DNA of 64,000 nucleotides from an uncultured bacterium (lineage in GTDB: Bacteria; RBG-13-61-14; CAYWKU01). Shown piece by piece: positions 1 to 9,580 of the stretch. Each line of letters starts with the position of its first letter. The stretch's first letter is position 1. A program made the translations under genes and the position numbers. The notes below the pieces were generated by a model. The model did not search any database. It was not told the origin of the DNA and was given only the letters and a program-made list of their open reading frames with translations. The stretch spans positions 3,856-67,855 of the forward strand of contig CAYWKU010000017.1 in assembly GCA_964459325.1 (NCBI GenBank), given 5' to 3'.

Positions 1-1157
1 TATTCGAGGTCGGTGGGTTTCATCAGGTGCGAGCGCTTTTTCCTCACCCCCAGCATTTCCTTCTCCACCTCCGGGTGATGCGAAGCCAGCCGGGAGAGCG
101 GCACCACTCTGTCCGGGCCAACCTCTACACCTCCGGTTTCCAAAGATATCCGGGAATCGCAACCGATACATGCGGTTCTAATGGAGGCGGCCTTGACCGC
201 GGTTTCCACTTCGCCCACGTGCGCGCCTTCGTCGGACACGGCAATTCTGGAATCGGTAACGAGCGCCACGTCGGTGGTTGTGCCGCCCATGTCTATCATC
301 AGGGCGTTATCGTTGCGGGTCAGGAATCGCCCGCCGATTGCGCTTGCCGCCGGACCGGAAAGGATGGTTTCCACCGGCTTTCGCAACGCCTCGGTGTAGG
401 GCATCAGGGAACCGTCGCCCTTAACTATCATTAGAGGCGCGGTTATGTTCCTCTCCTCCAGTGCCTTGCAAACCGCGTCTATAAACTCCTTCATAACCGC
501 CACCAGGGAAGCGTTGAGGCAGGCCGTGGCGGCCCGCTTGATGGAATCCAGACTGGTAGACAACTGGTGCCCGAGCACCGCCGGCAGGCCGCTTATCCTG
601 CGTATAGCTTCAAAACATCTTTCCTCGTGTGACGGGTCCAGGGGGCTGAAGTAGCTGGAAACGGCCAGCGCGTCAAACTTGTGTTGATTGTTTCGCACCC
701 ATTTTTCGATGTTTTCCAGGTCCAGCGGCTCCTTTTCCATCCCCTGAGCTGTGTGGCCGCCCGAAAAGTATGCGAAATGTCGGGTCCAGAACTTCGAATC
801 CAGGGAATAGGCCTCCACCAACTCCGGGTCGTAACCTGTCAATATGAGACCCACTTCCATGGCCTTGCCTTCGGCTATGGAGTTGGTGGCCAGGGTGGAG
901 GAGATGCCCACCAGCTTAACCCGGGCGGGGTCGTCGATTTGAAGCTTGTCCAGCACGTCGACGATTCCGGTGGTCAGGTTTTCGCGGGTGGTCAGAGTTT
1001 TGGCGGATGACAGCACTTCGCGGGTGCGATATTCGAGCAGCACCCCGTCGGTGTAAGTTCCGCCGGTGTCTATACCGACGACGAAGTCCTCGTCCGATTT
1101 GCGCTCGCGGTGAAATTCCACGTACCCGTCGAATGTCATTGCCTGTTGTTCACTCAT
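1..1157 (-). CDS. Hydantoinase/oxoprolinase family protein (3' end runs off the window)
   Basis: Not in the ORF track because there is no stop in the window. Manual translation from ATG 1157 gives MSEQQAM...VGIDTGGTYTDGV...SSTLATNSIAEG...ETILSGPAAS...IDMGGTTTDVA, the ASKHA/hydantoinase A motifs. Confidence 0.9.
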   Translation of the reverse strand, partial: MSEQQAMTFDGYVEFHRERKSDEDFVVGIDTGGTYTDGVLLEYRTREVLSSAKTLTTRENLTTGIVDVLDKLQIDDPARVKLVGISSTLATNSIAEGKAMEVGLILTGYDPELVEAYSLDSKFWTRHFAYFSGGHTAQGMEKEPLDLENIEKWVRNNQHKFDALAVSSYFSPLDPSHEERCFEAIRRISGLPAVLGHQLSTSLDSIKRAATACLNASLVAVMKEFIDAVCKALEERNITAPLMIVKGDGSLMPYTEALRKPVETILSGPAASAIGGRFLTRNDNALMIDMGGTTTDVALVTDSRIAVSDEGAHVGEVETAVKAASIRTACIGCDSRISLETGGVEVGPDRVVPLSRLASHHPEVEKEMLGVRKKRSHLMKPTDLE

Positions 1158-1252
1158 TTTTTATCCGAATCCAAACTTTTCGCCTCTACACCGATAGCGA
1201 AGCTATCGGCGCCACCCGTTATCCGAGTCCGAAAATTTAATAACCTTGCAGA

Positions 1253-1272
1253 CAAGGAGCTTAAGCCCCTTG
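1253..1272. repeat. REP-like palindrome family A, copy 1 (CAAGGAGCTTAAGCCCCTTG)
   Basis: Near-perfect palindrome just after the MttB stop. The same motif recurs at 2779, 2821, 7336 and 39748. Confidence 0.75.
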
Positions 1273-1283
1273 CCTACGCTTGT

Positions 1284-2756
1284 CTAAGCGGACTTGGCCT
1301 TCTTGACCCTGTCTTCGGCTTCGTTGAGAATTTTTTCTATCTCGGACTGCGCCTTTGTCGGAACCCTGGAGATGGGGCCTTCGTAGTTTTCGATGAGGTC
1401 CCGGGTTTTTTCCACTATCCTGTCTTTCATGCTCTTGGCGCCTCTTGTTTCCCAGTCTTCGTAGCTGTTTCGGTCCATCAGCGTAGGTCTCCAGTGTTTC
1501 CGGAAGTATTTCATGGTGTGGTCTTCTTCCAAAAAGTGCCCGCCGGCGCCGACGTTTTTGATAACGTCCACCGCCAGGGTTTCTTCGTTGACCTCGATTC
1601 CGTTTTCGATAACCCGGGCCATCCCGATAAGCTCGTCGTCGAAGACGGTCTGGAAGACGTCGCCGCACAGCCCCGATTCGGTGTATCCGTTGTCGTGTAC
1701 GAAGTTTGCGCCGCTGAGCATCGCCGCGTGCACCGACAGGGCTCCCTCGATGCCGGACTGAAGCTCCAGGCACTTGGTGTCCGTGCAGCCGGACTGGGAA
1801 TACATGGGCAGGCCGCAGTACTGAACGAACTGTGTCATGCCGGCGCTCAGGATGCTGAGCTCGGGTGCGCCGTAAGCGTATATCATGTGCCTCATATCCA
1901 GGATTGAGAGCATTCCGCCCACTATGACGCAGGTTCCCGGGTTTATGAGCTGTGACGCGATAACGCCCACCATTGCCTCGCTGAAAGCCACCAGTATCTG
2001 GCCGGCGTGAGTGGCGGGAACGGTGGCGCCGCCGATTGAGCAAGGCGTATAAACCTGCGGTATCCTGTGCTCGGCGCAGTACATGCACTTGTCTATGGCG
2101 TGGAAATCGCTTACCAGCGGCGATATAGGCTCGCTGTAATGAATGTAGTTGGGCTTGAGCTTGAACTCGTCCTCGCCTCCGGCCATGGCGATTCCTATGC
2201 GGTGCTGGTCGGCGCAGTTTTCGCGGGTGTAGGCCCAGTTCATTATGACCTTGGTGGTGTTCTGTATCATGTCCGCGAACTCGTAGACGTCGGCCAGCTC
2301 GACGGTGACGTCGCTTATGGTGCCCAGCGACTGGACGTATCCGATGTTTGGCAGCGCATCGCACACCCTGGCGACGCTGTTGGCGTCCTTGCGGACGTAG
2401 TGCCTTCTTTCCAGGGTATCGGGGTCTATGAAATGCGGAGGCGTCGGGCCGGGGCCGAAGTAGCTCTTGCCCTTCTCGATATAGCAGCTTTCATTCCCTT
2501 CCCAATCGTAAACGGTGGTCGTGGGGGGGATATTGTTAAATGCGTAGCGGAGTAATTCCTGAGGGAAGCGCACCCTTTTGCCGTCCACCCTGCAGCCGTG
2601 TTTTTTGAACAGGTCCCGCGCGCCCGGGTGGTGCACATCGGCGCCGGTATCTTTGAGTGTTTTAAATGCCGCGTTGTACATTATCTCCAACTGGTCCTCG
2701 GAAAAAACGGCAAATTTTGGAGTCCTGTTTTCTTTGTAATTGGCTCTGGTCATCAT
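1284..2756 (-). CDS. Trimethylamine methyltransferase (MttB superfamily), non-pyrrolysine
   Basis: Motifs EPISPL, GATVPAT, YGAPE, GCTDTK, SGANFVHDNG and GGHFL. No in-frame TAG. Confidence 0.92.
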   Translation of the reverse strand: MMTRANYKENRTPKFAVFSEDQLEIMYNAAFKTLKDTGADVHHPGARDLFKKHGCRVDGKRVRFPQELLRYAFNNIPPTTTVYDWEGNESCYIEKGKSYFGPGPTPPHFIDPDTLERRHYVRKDANSVARVCDALPNIGYVQSLGTISDVTVELADVYEFADMIQNTTKVIMNWAYTRENCADQHRIGIAMAGGEDEFKLKPNYIHYSEPISPLVSDFHAIDKCMYCAEHRIPQVYTPCSIGGATVPATHAGQILVAFSEAMVGVIASQLINPGTCVIVGGMLSILDMRHMIYAYGAPELSILSAGMTQFVQYCGLPMYSQSGCTDTKCLELQSGIEGALSVHAAMLSGANFVHDNGYTESGLCGDVFQTVFDDELIGMARVIENGIEVNEETLAVDVIKNVGAGGHFLEEDHTMKYFRKHWRPTLMDRNSYEDWETRGAKSMKDRIVEKTRDLIENYEGPISRVPTKAQSEIEKILNEAEDRVKKAKSA

Positions 2757-2778
2757 AGTGTCATCTCCTTTGCGAAAA

Positions 2779-2840
2779 CAAGGGGCTTTAGCCCTTGGGC
2801 ATCATGGGTTATAAAACCCGCAAGGGGTTAAAACCCCTTG
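2779..2840. repeat. REP-like palindrome family A, copies 2 and 3
   Basis: CAAGGGGCTTTAGCCCTTG (2779-2797) and CAAGGGGTTAAAACCCCTTG (2821-2840), between the two MttB genes. Confidence 0.75.
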
Positions 2841-2882
2841 CCGAATCCGTGGCAAATTTGAACGAATTCCGACCCGTCATCC

Positions 2883-4331
2883 TTACGAATGCCTCTTATC
2901 CGCCGCCTCGACCATGTCCCACAGTTCCTTGTGGAGCTTTTCCTCGATGGGCTCGGGTTCGTACTCTTTAAGGATGCGCTCGGTTTCCTCGTCGACCCTG
3001 TCTCGCATGGTCTTGGAGCCGTTTTCCACCCAGGTTTCCCAGTCCGAGCGGTCCTGCAGTTTGGGCAGGAACCATTCTTTCCAGTGCTCGTAGGTGTGGT
3101 CGTGCGCCACGAAATTTCCGGCGGGGCCGACTTCGTCTATAACGTCCAGGGCCAGGTAATCGTCCTCAGTGGAGATACCCTTTCCGAACTGCTTTACCAT
3201 GCCGATGATTTCCTGGTTCATCACCAGAGCCTCCAGCGAGGAGTTTAAACCGTGGTCGGTGTACCCCACATCGTGAACGAGGTTTGCTCCCGACAACATT
3301 GCGTAAAACAAGCTGGTGGCGCTTTCCGCAGCGGCCTGCTCGTCCACAATTTTCGCGTCGGTGCATCCGCCGGTGGAGAACATCAAGAGACCCAGCCACT
3401 TGGCCACGTCGGTGTACCCGGCCAGCGCCAGCGACAGCTCCGGCGAGCCGTAGGAGTACGTGCTCTTCATCATATCCATAACAGTGAGCACTCCGCCGAT
3501 AAGCAGGGGCATGCCGGGTTGCTTCAGATAGGAGAGCACCACGGCCACCAGCGACTCGGCCAGCGACTGCACAATCATACCCGCTATGCTTGCGGATGAA
3601 GTAGCGCCGCAACTGGGGCACGGCGTGTACATCGCCGGGATGCCCTTTTCTGCCGAGAACATCAGCTTGTCCACGGCGGCGTGGGCGTTTTTCAGGGGGG
3701 AGATGGGCTCGATGTAAACCACAAACAGCGGATTCAGCTTGAACTCCTCCTCGCCGCCCTGAATCATGCAGGCCATCTTGTACTGGTCTTCCAGCCCTTC
3801 CCTGTCCACGCTGGTAATAACGAACGGCTTGGTGCACCCCTCTATCATGGCCATGAACTGGCGCCGGTCGTAAGTCTGGTCGTTGGGAACGTCGCTCACC
3901 AGCCCGTGTGACATGAAGAAGTCGTAATTTGAGAGATAATCCACGAATTTTGCGGCAGCGTACACGTCCTTGTAGGCGCCGCGCCTTCTTTCTCCGGTTT
4001 CCCGGTCATAGATAAAGGGCTGGTCGGAGCCTGTTCCGAAGGCCACGTTGTCCTTCTGGAGGGGCAGCGACCTTTTTCCGTTCCTTCCTTTGAGGGTCAT
4101 CTTGCGGGGGTTATTACCCAGCGCTCTTTCCACCAGGGAAATGGGAATTCTGACCCGATTACCGTCCACCACGGCGCCGTTCTTTTTGAGAAGGTCGAGG
4201 GCTTCTTCGTGGTGGATAAGGCACCCGGTGTCTTCGAGCACGTCGAGGGCGGCGTAATAAATCCGCTCTATCTGGTCGTCGCTCAGAACCCTGAACAAGG
4301 GGGTTCTATATACGGTTTGATTCATTCTCAT
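2883..4331 (-). CDS. Trimethylamine methyltransferase (MttB superfamily), non-pyrrolysine, paralog 2
   Basis: Motifs FGTGSD, EPISPL, YGSPE, GGCTDAK and SGANLVHDVG. Confidence 0.92.
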   Translation of the reverse strand: MRMNQTVYRTPLFRVLSDDQIERIYYAALDVLEDTGCLIHHEEALDLLKKNGAVVDGNRVRIPISLVERALGNNPRKMTLKGRNGKRSLPLQKDNVAFGTGSDQPFIYDRETGERRRGAYKDVYAAAKFVDYLSNYDFFMSHGLVSDVPNDQTYDRRQFMAMIEGCTKPFVITSVDREGLEDQYKMACMIQGGEEEFKLNPLFVVYIEPISPLKNAHAAVDKLMFSAEKGIPAMYTPCPSCGATSSASIAGMIVQSLAESLVAVVLSYLKQPGMPLLIGGVLTVMDMMKSTYSYGSPELSLALAGYTDVAKWLGLLMFSTGGCTDAKIVDEQAAAESATSLFYAMLSGANLVHDVGYTDHGLNSSLEALVMNQEIIGMVKQFGKGISTEDDYLALDVIDEVGPAGNFVAHDHTYEHWKEWFLPKLQDRSDWETWVENGSKTMRDRVDEETERILKEYEPEPIEEKLHKELWDMVEAADKRHS

Positions 4332-4411
4332 AGCGCTTCTCTCCTCATTATTTCATTGGCACTTTGGAAGTTATCTATAAACTACACTCGCCGTTTCGGT
4401 GCGGCGTACAA

Positions 4412-5047
4412 CTATTGTAGAAGCGACTTTCCCACGTCCACGGCGCTCCCGGCGTTGGGGCCGTAAGCGTCGGCGCCGATTTTTTCGGCGTATTCCCTGT
4501 TGACCGGAGCGCCGCCCACGAGGATTTTCACCTGGTCGCGGATTCCGGCTTCCTTCAGCGAATTGATGATTTCTCCCATTTTGGGCATGGTGGTGGTCAA
4601 CAATGCCGATATACCGAGTATCTCGGGGTTATGTTCCTTGACCGCGTCCACGAACGTCTGAGAGGGCAGGTCAACGCCGAGGTTGACCACTTTGAACCCG
4701 GCGCCTTCGAACATCATCCCAACCAGGTTTTTACCTATATCGTGCAGGTCGCCTTCCACGGTGCCGATGACAAAAACTCCCGAGCCTTTGCTGTCCGATT
4801 CGGACAGAAGCGGCCTGAGTATGTCCATTGCGCCTCGCATCGCTTTCGCCGAACGCAATACTTCCGGTATAAACATATCGCCCGCTTTGAACCTCTGTCC
4901 CACGACGTCCATGCCGGCCAACAGTCCCTTGTTCAGCACTTCATCCGGTCCCATTCCGTCGTCGATGCATTCCTGCGCCAGCTTGGTCACATCATCCACC
5001 TTGCCGGCAATCAAATCCTCTGCAATTTTGCCCAATTTTTCACTCAT
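4412..5047 (-). CDS. Methyltransferase cognate corrinoid protein (MttC/MtbC-like)
   Basis: Cap domain (GMDVVGQRF..FIPEVL) plus the B12-binding DLHDIGKNLV, SALLTTT and GGAP motifs. Confidence 0.95.
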   Translation of the reverse strand: MSEKLGKIAEDLIAGKVDDVTKLAQECIDDGMGPDEVLNKGLLAGMDVVGQRFKAGDMFIPEVLRSAKAMRGAMDILRPLLSESDSKGSGVFVIGTVEGDLHDIGKNLVGMMFEGAGFKVVNLGVDLPSQTFVDAVKEHNPEILGISALLTTTMPKMGEIINSLKEAGIRDQVKILVGGAPVNREYAEKIGADAYGPNAGSAVDVGKSLLQ

Positions 5048-5152
5048 ACTTTACCTCCTTGGCGATTTAAAAAATTAATTGATTTTAAGGTTACCCACCC
5101 GGCAAAATCCACCCCTCCGGTCATACGGCAATATTTCAAACGCCCGTTGCGG

Positions 5153-5656
5153 TTATAAGACCTGCTCCTCCGGTACGGGCAACTCGGAGGCCATGGCTTC
5201 CACTTCCTCGGTCTCGATAAGCTTTTGCAGCTTTTCCACGGTTTCGGTGGCGGCTTTCAGCTCATCAAGCGGCATGTTTTTCAGTTTGGCCTTCAACAGG
5301 CTCTGAATGGGCACCGGCGCGGCATCGACCAGCATTTTCCCGTCTTCGGTCATCTCTATGTTGATAACCCGCCTGTCCTTGCTGGCCCTGGCCCTTCTCA
5401 CCAGTCCCTTGGCTTCGAGCCTGTCAATTATGCCGGTTATAGTAGCCGGTGATATTGAAGTTTTCTTAGCAATGGCGCCTACCGAAAGGCCACTGTGGGC
5501 GTTCAGTTCCCGGAGACACAGCAACTGACCTGTAGTTACGTTGAAATGCTTCAGGATGTACTTTGAATGAACCGCCCACGTGCGGGAGAGGTTCCTGAGC
5601 GCCAGGAGCAACCTTTCAGTACATTCCTCAAATACCTGTTCTTCCTTGTTTTCCAT
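5153..5656 (-). CDS. MarR family transcriptional regulator
   Basis: Winged-helix motif ITGIIDRLEAKGLVRR..DRR. Confidence 0.9.
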   Translation of the reverse strand: MENKEEQVFEECTERLLLALRNLSRTWAVHSKYILKHFNVTTGQLLCLRELNAHSGLSVGAIAKKTSISPATITGIIDRLEAKGLVRRARASKDRRVINIEMTEDGKMLVDAAPVPIQSLLKAKLKNMPLDELKAATETVEKLQKLIETEEVEAMASELPVPEEQVL

Positions 5657-6099
5657 TGCCGCCTTTCCGAATAGTTAAACTTTACCCGCCCTTTTTATCT
5701 GATGCAAGGCCTGGCTCAGCCATGTTGTCATGGCTCAAGGTCACTGATTGTTTTAAAAGGGCTTAAGTTTAATTCAGTAACGGATACTTACTAAATCAAT
5801 ACAAAACGTGACCGCTTTCAAATTTCCGGTAACAGGGTACTTATCCCCGGGTGAATTTTTAATATTATCCGGTTTCAGATTTAAAGTGGATGAGATTATA
5901 TATTAAAAGCTTGGAAATTACAAGTGGGGATGTTTTAAACTCGTAAAATTTCAGTATAAATAGCTGAATTCGCTAACTTTCCAGTGATATAGAAAAATTC
6001 CGGGAAAATGGGGCGAGTGGCACACAAACCGTAAGTCAGCGTTTTTGCTTCAAAAACACAAACCGGGGCCTCTTTCGTAAAATGGAGCGCCGGGTTGAT

Positions 6100-6216
6100 T
6101 TACTTGTTCTCCACGGATTCCCGTGAGTCTTTGTTTTTCTTCCTTTTTTTCCTGGTCTTACCGAAAGTTCCTCTCCAGATTTTTCCCTTTTTGCTTCTCT
6201 GGTCTCCTTTACCCAA
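6100..6216 (-). CDS. thx: 30S ribosomal protein bTHX (Thx/PSRP4 family), 38 aa
   Basis: Missed by the ORF track. RBS AGGAGGTG, then TTG at 6216: MGKGDQRSKKGKIWRGTFGKTRKKRKKNKDSRESVENK*. Matches the Thx signature GKGDxRxxxGKIWRGT(Y/F)GK. Confidence 0.9.
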   Translation of the reverse strand: MGKGDQRSKKGKIWRGTFGKTRKKRKKNKDSRESVENK

Positions 6217-6235
6217 AATATCACCTCCTGCATTT

Positions 6236-7207
6236 TTATTGCATGAGCCGCTCGAGCCTTTCCCGGGCGGCCTGAGCCCCCTCGACTACCCCGTCTATTA
6301 TCGCCGCCACGGTCTGAATCCCGCCGGCCTGCCCCACCGCCTGACCGCAGGCCAGCGTTCCGGCCTCCAGGTCACCGGTCTCGAACATTTTTTGGTTGTT
6401 TTCCCCCTTTATCAGCGGAATCAGCCCTTCCAGGCCGACGTCCTTCGATTCCTCCTCGGCTATTTTTTCGGCCATGGTGTTTTTCCATACCCTGTGAGTG
6501 TTTCCGATGCTTCTCAGAATAAGCATGGTGTCGGTTTCGGATGCGTTGGCGAGGGCTTCCTTTACTTTCGGGTGCAGCGGACATTCCTCGGCAACCAGAA
6601 ACCGCGTGCCCATTATGACTCCTTCAGCCCCGAGGCCGAGCACGGCGAGCAAGCCTCTTCCGTCGCCTACCCCGCCGCCCGCCACCACGGGCGCCCTGAC
6701 GTTATCCACCACCCTGGGCACAAGCGGCAGCGTGGCAATGTCCAACACGCCTGTGGCGCCGCCGTTTTCCCATCCCACCACGGTAACTATGTCCACGCCC
6801 AGGCTCTCGGCCTTCTTCGCATACCTCACGCCCACACACTTGTGCATGCATGTGCAGCCGTTTTCCTTGAGCTTTCCTATCAAATCCTCCGGCGCCTTGT
6901 GGCCGGAAGTTTCGACCACTTTCACGCCCTCGTCGAAAATCACTTCCATGTAATCCTCGTTGGGGATGGGCCGAAGGCCGGGGAACATGTTCAGATTCAC
7001 CGCGAAGGGCTTGTCGGTAAGCGACCCGGTCTTCCGCACGGCTTCCCGGAAGGAATCCTTATCCCGGTAAGTGGCGCTGGCCAGGATGCCCAAAGCTCCC
7101 GCGTTCGAGAACGCCGCCACGAACTCCGGCACGCTCAGCCACATCATGGCGCCGCCGAAGATGGGGTATTTTATTCCGAGCATTTCCGTAACTCTCGTTT
7201 GAAACAT
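6236..7207 (-). CDS. Nitronate monooxygenase / FabK-like flavin oxidoreductase
   Basis: Motifs LGIKYPIFGGAM, TDKPFAVN, AGGVGDGRG, MGTRF and CGQAVG. Confidence 0.88.
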   Translation of the reverse strand: MFQTRVTEMLGIKYPIFGGAMMWLSVPEFVAAFSNAGALGILASATYRDKDSFREAVRKTGSLTDKPFAVNLNMFPGLRPIPNEDYMEVIFDEGVKVVETSGHKAPEDLIGKLKENGCTCMHKCVGVRYAKKAESLGVDIVTVVGWENGGATGVLDIATLPLVPRVVDNVRAPVVAGGGVGDGRGLLAVLGLGAEGVIMGTRFLVAEECPLHPKVKEALANASETDTMLILRSIGNTHRVWKNTMAEKIAEEESKDVGLEGLIPLIKGENNQKMFETGDLEAGTLACGQAVGQAGGIQTVAAIIDGVVEGAQAARERLERLMQ

Positions 7208-7285
7208 TGGAATGCCTCCGGTTGGTTTTGACTCTGAAAATTACCTCAGATATCGCCCGGTTGCAACGTCTCAGGCGCCGCCCGG

Positions 7286-7318
7286 AAAAAAGCACCCCGG
7301 AACTAGCGGAGTGCTTTT
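7286..7318 (-). terminator. Intrinsic terminator downstream of trpB2 (possibly bidirectional)
   Basis: AAAAAAGCACCCCG-gaactag-CGGAGTGCTTTT hairpin with A/T tracts at both ends. Confidence 0.6.
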
Positions 7319-7335
7319 CATCTCGTAGCTACAAA

Positions 7336-7356
7336 CAAGGGGCTTAAAGCCCCTTG
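7336..7356. repeat. REP-like palindrome family A, copy 4
   Basis: CAAGGGGCTTAAAGCCCCTTG. Confidence 0.75.
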
Positions 7357-7389
7357 TCCGAATTCGGGGAACATGGAAGCCGGTAGACC

Positions 7390-8748
7390 CTACTGTTCTT
7401 TAACCTGCGGAAGGCTTTTCAGACTTTCCTTTACCATGTCCTCCGGATATTCGTAATCTTCCAGCTCGCCCGCGAAGTAAGCGTCGTAAGCGCTCATGTC
7501 GAAGTGGCCGTGACCGGAGAGGTTGAACGTCACCACGCCTTCTTTTCCGGCTTCGTCGAACTTCTTGGCCTCGTCTATTGCCGCCCGGATGGCGTGGCTG
7601 GACTCGGGGGCGGGGATGATGCCTTCGCTGCGGGCGAAAGTCACTGCCGCCTCGAAGCAGGCAAGCTGGTGCAGCGCGACCGCTTCCATGAGCCCCTCGT
7701 GCACCAAGTAGCTAATAATCGGCGAATCCCCGTGATAGCGCAGTCCGCCCGCGTGAATTCCCGGCGGGACGAAATCGTGCCCGAGGGTGTACATCTTGGC
7801 CACCGGGGCCGTCTTGGCCTGGTCTCCGTAATCGTAAGCGTAAAGGCCCTTGGTCAGGGTGGGGCAACTGAAAGGCTCCACCGCCATGGCCCGGACGTCC
7901 TTGCCTGCGAACTTGTCCATGAGGAACGGGTTGGCAAAGCCTCCGTGATTGGAACCGCCACCGCAGCAGCCTATCACCACATTCGGGTAATCGCCGACCA
8001 TCTCGAACTGCTTCCTGGTTTCCAGCCCGACTATCGTCTGGTGCAAGAGCACGTGGTTGAGCACGCTTCCCAGGGCATACTTGGTGTCATCGTGAGTGGC
8101 CGCGTCCTCGACGGCTTCACTGATGGCTATGCCCAGGCTGCCGAGGCTGTCGGGGTCCTTCTCGAGGATGGCTCTGCCGGCGTTGGTCTTATCGGTAGGG
8201 CTGGGGAAAACCTCCGCCCCCCAGGTATTAATCATGCTCTTTCGGTAGGGTTTCTGCTGGAAGCTGACCTTAACCATGTAAACGGTGCATTTGAGTCCCA
8301 TCAGGCATGTTGCCAGCGACAGGGCGCTTCCCCACTGGCCGGCGCCGGTTTCGGTGGCCAGCCGGGTTACTCCCTCTTTTTTGTTGTAATAAGCCTGCGC
8401 GACTGCCGTGTTGGGTTTATGGCTGCCCGCCGGGGAGACGCCTTCGTACTTGTAATAGATACGGGAGCGGGTGCCCACCGCCTCTTCCAGCTTATACGCC
8501 CGATGCAGCGGAGTGGGCCGCCATAAACTGTATATGTCAAGGATTTCTTCAGGAATGTCTATCCACCGCTCGGTGCTCACTTCCTGCTCGATAAGCCCCA
8601 TCGGAAACAGGGGCGCCAAATCGTCGGGACCTACATGTTCCAGGGTTACCGGATGCAGTACCGGGGGCAGGGGTTTGTCCAGGTCAGCCGCAATGTTGTA
8701 CCACTGACGGGGCATTTCCTTTTCCGGGAGAACTATCTTGCTTTCCAT
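7390..8748 (-). CDS. trpB2: Tryptophan synthase beta chain 2 (TrpB2, stand-alone)
   Basis: WYNI, GSHKPN (PLP Lys), [23 protein letters not shown] and NLSGHG. ATG 8748 follows a GAGGTG RBS. Confidence 0.93.
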   Translation of the reverse strand: MESKIVLPEKEMPRQWYNIAADLDKPLPPVLHPVTLEHVGPDDLAPLFPMGLIEQEVSTERWIDIPEEILDIYSLWRPTPLHRAYKLEEAVGTRSRIYYKYEGVSPAGSHKPNTAVAQAYYNKKEGVTRLATETGAGQWGSALSLATCLMGLKCTVYMVKVSFQQKPYRKSMINTWGAEVFPSPTDKTNAGRAILEKDPDSLGSLGIAISEAVEDAATHDDTKYALGSVLNHVLLHQTIVGLETRKQFEMVGDYPNVVIGCCGGGSNHGGFANPFLMDKFAGKDVRAMAVEPFSCPTLTKGLYAYDYGDQAKTAPVAKMYTLGHDFVPPGIHAGGLRYHGDSPIISYLVHEGLMEAVALHQLACFEAAVTFARSEGIIPAPESSHAIRAAIDEAKKFDEAGKEGVVTFNLSGHGHFDMSAYDAYFAGELEDYEYPEDMVKESLKSLPQVKEQ

Positions 8749-8943
8749 CTTTCTTTTCACCTCAATTTAATTTTCACACCCGGCGGGTTCTGCGGGTGAA
8801 GGTTGAATCGAACTTTTTTACTTTGTGGGAGTTTATGTATAACACTCAGGCGATTTTCGCAAGCCCCCGTACCGCATATAACCCCGGCTGAGGCCCGGAA
8901 CTTACCATCGGACGTGAATCTTCCGGGGCTGAAGCCCGGGGGG

Positions 8944-9156
8944 TCACGCGTAAATAAGCCTGTAGCCTTTGGGCTCCGGGACGGGGTCACCGAACTCCTT
9001 TGCCGTATCTATCCACAGCCCGATAGCCTCTTGGACGCTCTTCAGGGCCTTCTCAGGCGTGTCGCCGTGAGCCGTGCAGCCGGGGAGCTCAGGCGCCTCA
9101 GCTATGAAGGCATCGTCTTCATTACTCCAGTAAATTATAACCTCGTATTTATACAT
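8944..9156 (-). CDS. hicB: HicB family antitoxin
   Basis: YEVIIYWSNEDDAFIAEAPELPGCTAHGDT...GDPVPEP. Confidence 0.9.
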   Translation of the reverse strand: MYKYEVIIYWSNEDDAFIAEAPELPGCTAHGDTPEKALKSVQEAIGLWIDTAKEFGDPVPEPKGYRLIYA

Positions 9157-9410
9157 CAGATTTGTCCTCCCAGCTTGTATTTCACGATTATATTTCTGAC
9201 CTGTTTCACCTGATACGGCTTTGCCTTGTCCCCGTCTTTTTGAAGATTTACCTTTTCGGTTACGGAATCCTTCCTGAAAATATGATGACTACCCCGTTTG
9301 CGTTCTTCAAACCCCAATTCTTTCAACAAGTTACACAACTCCGTAAACTTAATATTGGCATCGGATGTCCCGCTTAGTATCCTGGGTAACAGCTTTTCAT
9401 ATTTTCCCAT
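9156..9410 (-). CDS. hicA: HicA family toxin
   Basis: LGFEERKRGSHHIF and KAKPYQVKQ. Stop overlaps the hicB start. Confidence 0.9.
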   Translation of the reverse strand: MGKYEKLLPRILSGTSDANIKFTELCNLLKELGFEERKRGSHHIFRKDSVTEKVNLQKDGDKAKPYQVKQVRNIIVKYKLGGQI

Positions 9411-9580
9411 TTCGTACATTTTACCACATCAAAACCTGAACCCGCATCCAGAGCATCTCAATGTTATCGATATAAACAGCCGACCCTCTGACCGCCACGC
9501 AGTCGAAGCCGTATCCATCCGGCGTAGAAACACCGGCGCCGTTGTGTTAAATTTTTAGTAGATATGCTCAATTTTAGAAG

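Noticed and set aside
1284-4331. Pyrrolysine recoding in the MttB genes
   Set aside because: Both ORFs are full length with no internal TAG.
6018-6033. TGGCACACAAACCGT, resembling a sigma54 promoter
   Set aside because: The -12 GC is missing and no gene lies downstream on that strand.
5657-6040. Cobalamin riboswitch upstream of the corrinoid cluster
   Set aside because: No B12-box or other conserved core motifs found on either strand.
6036-6233. 65-aa basic ORF in the track
   Set aside because: It is an alternate frame over the bTHX gene, which has the RBS and the family signature.
8761-8943. Trp attenuator or leader peptide upstream of trpB2
   Set aside because: No Trp-codon leader ORF or T-box seen.
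9420-9580. Possible gene remnant between hicA and the small peptide
   Set aside because: Open frames exist, but I could not recognise any family motif.
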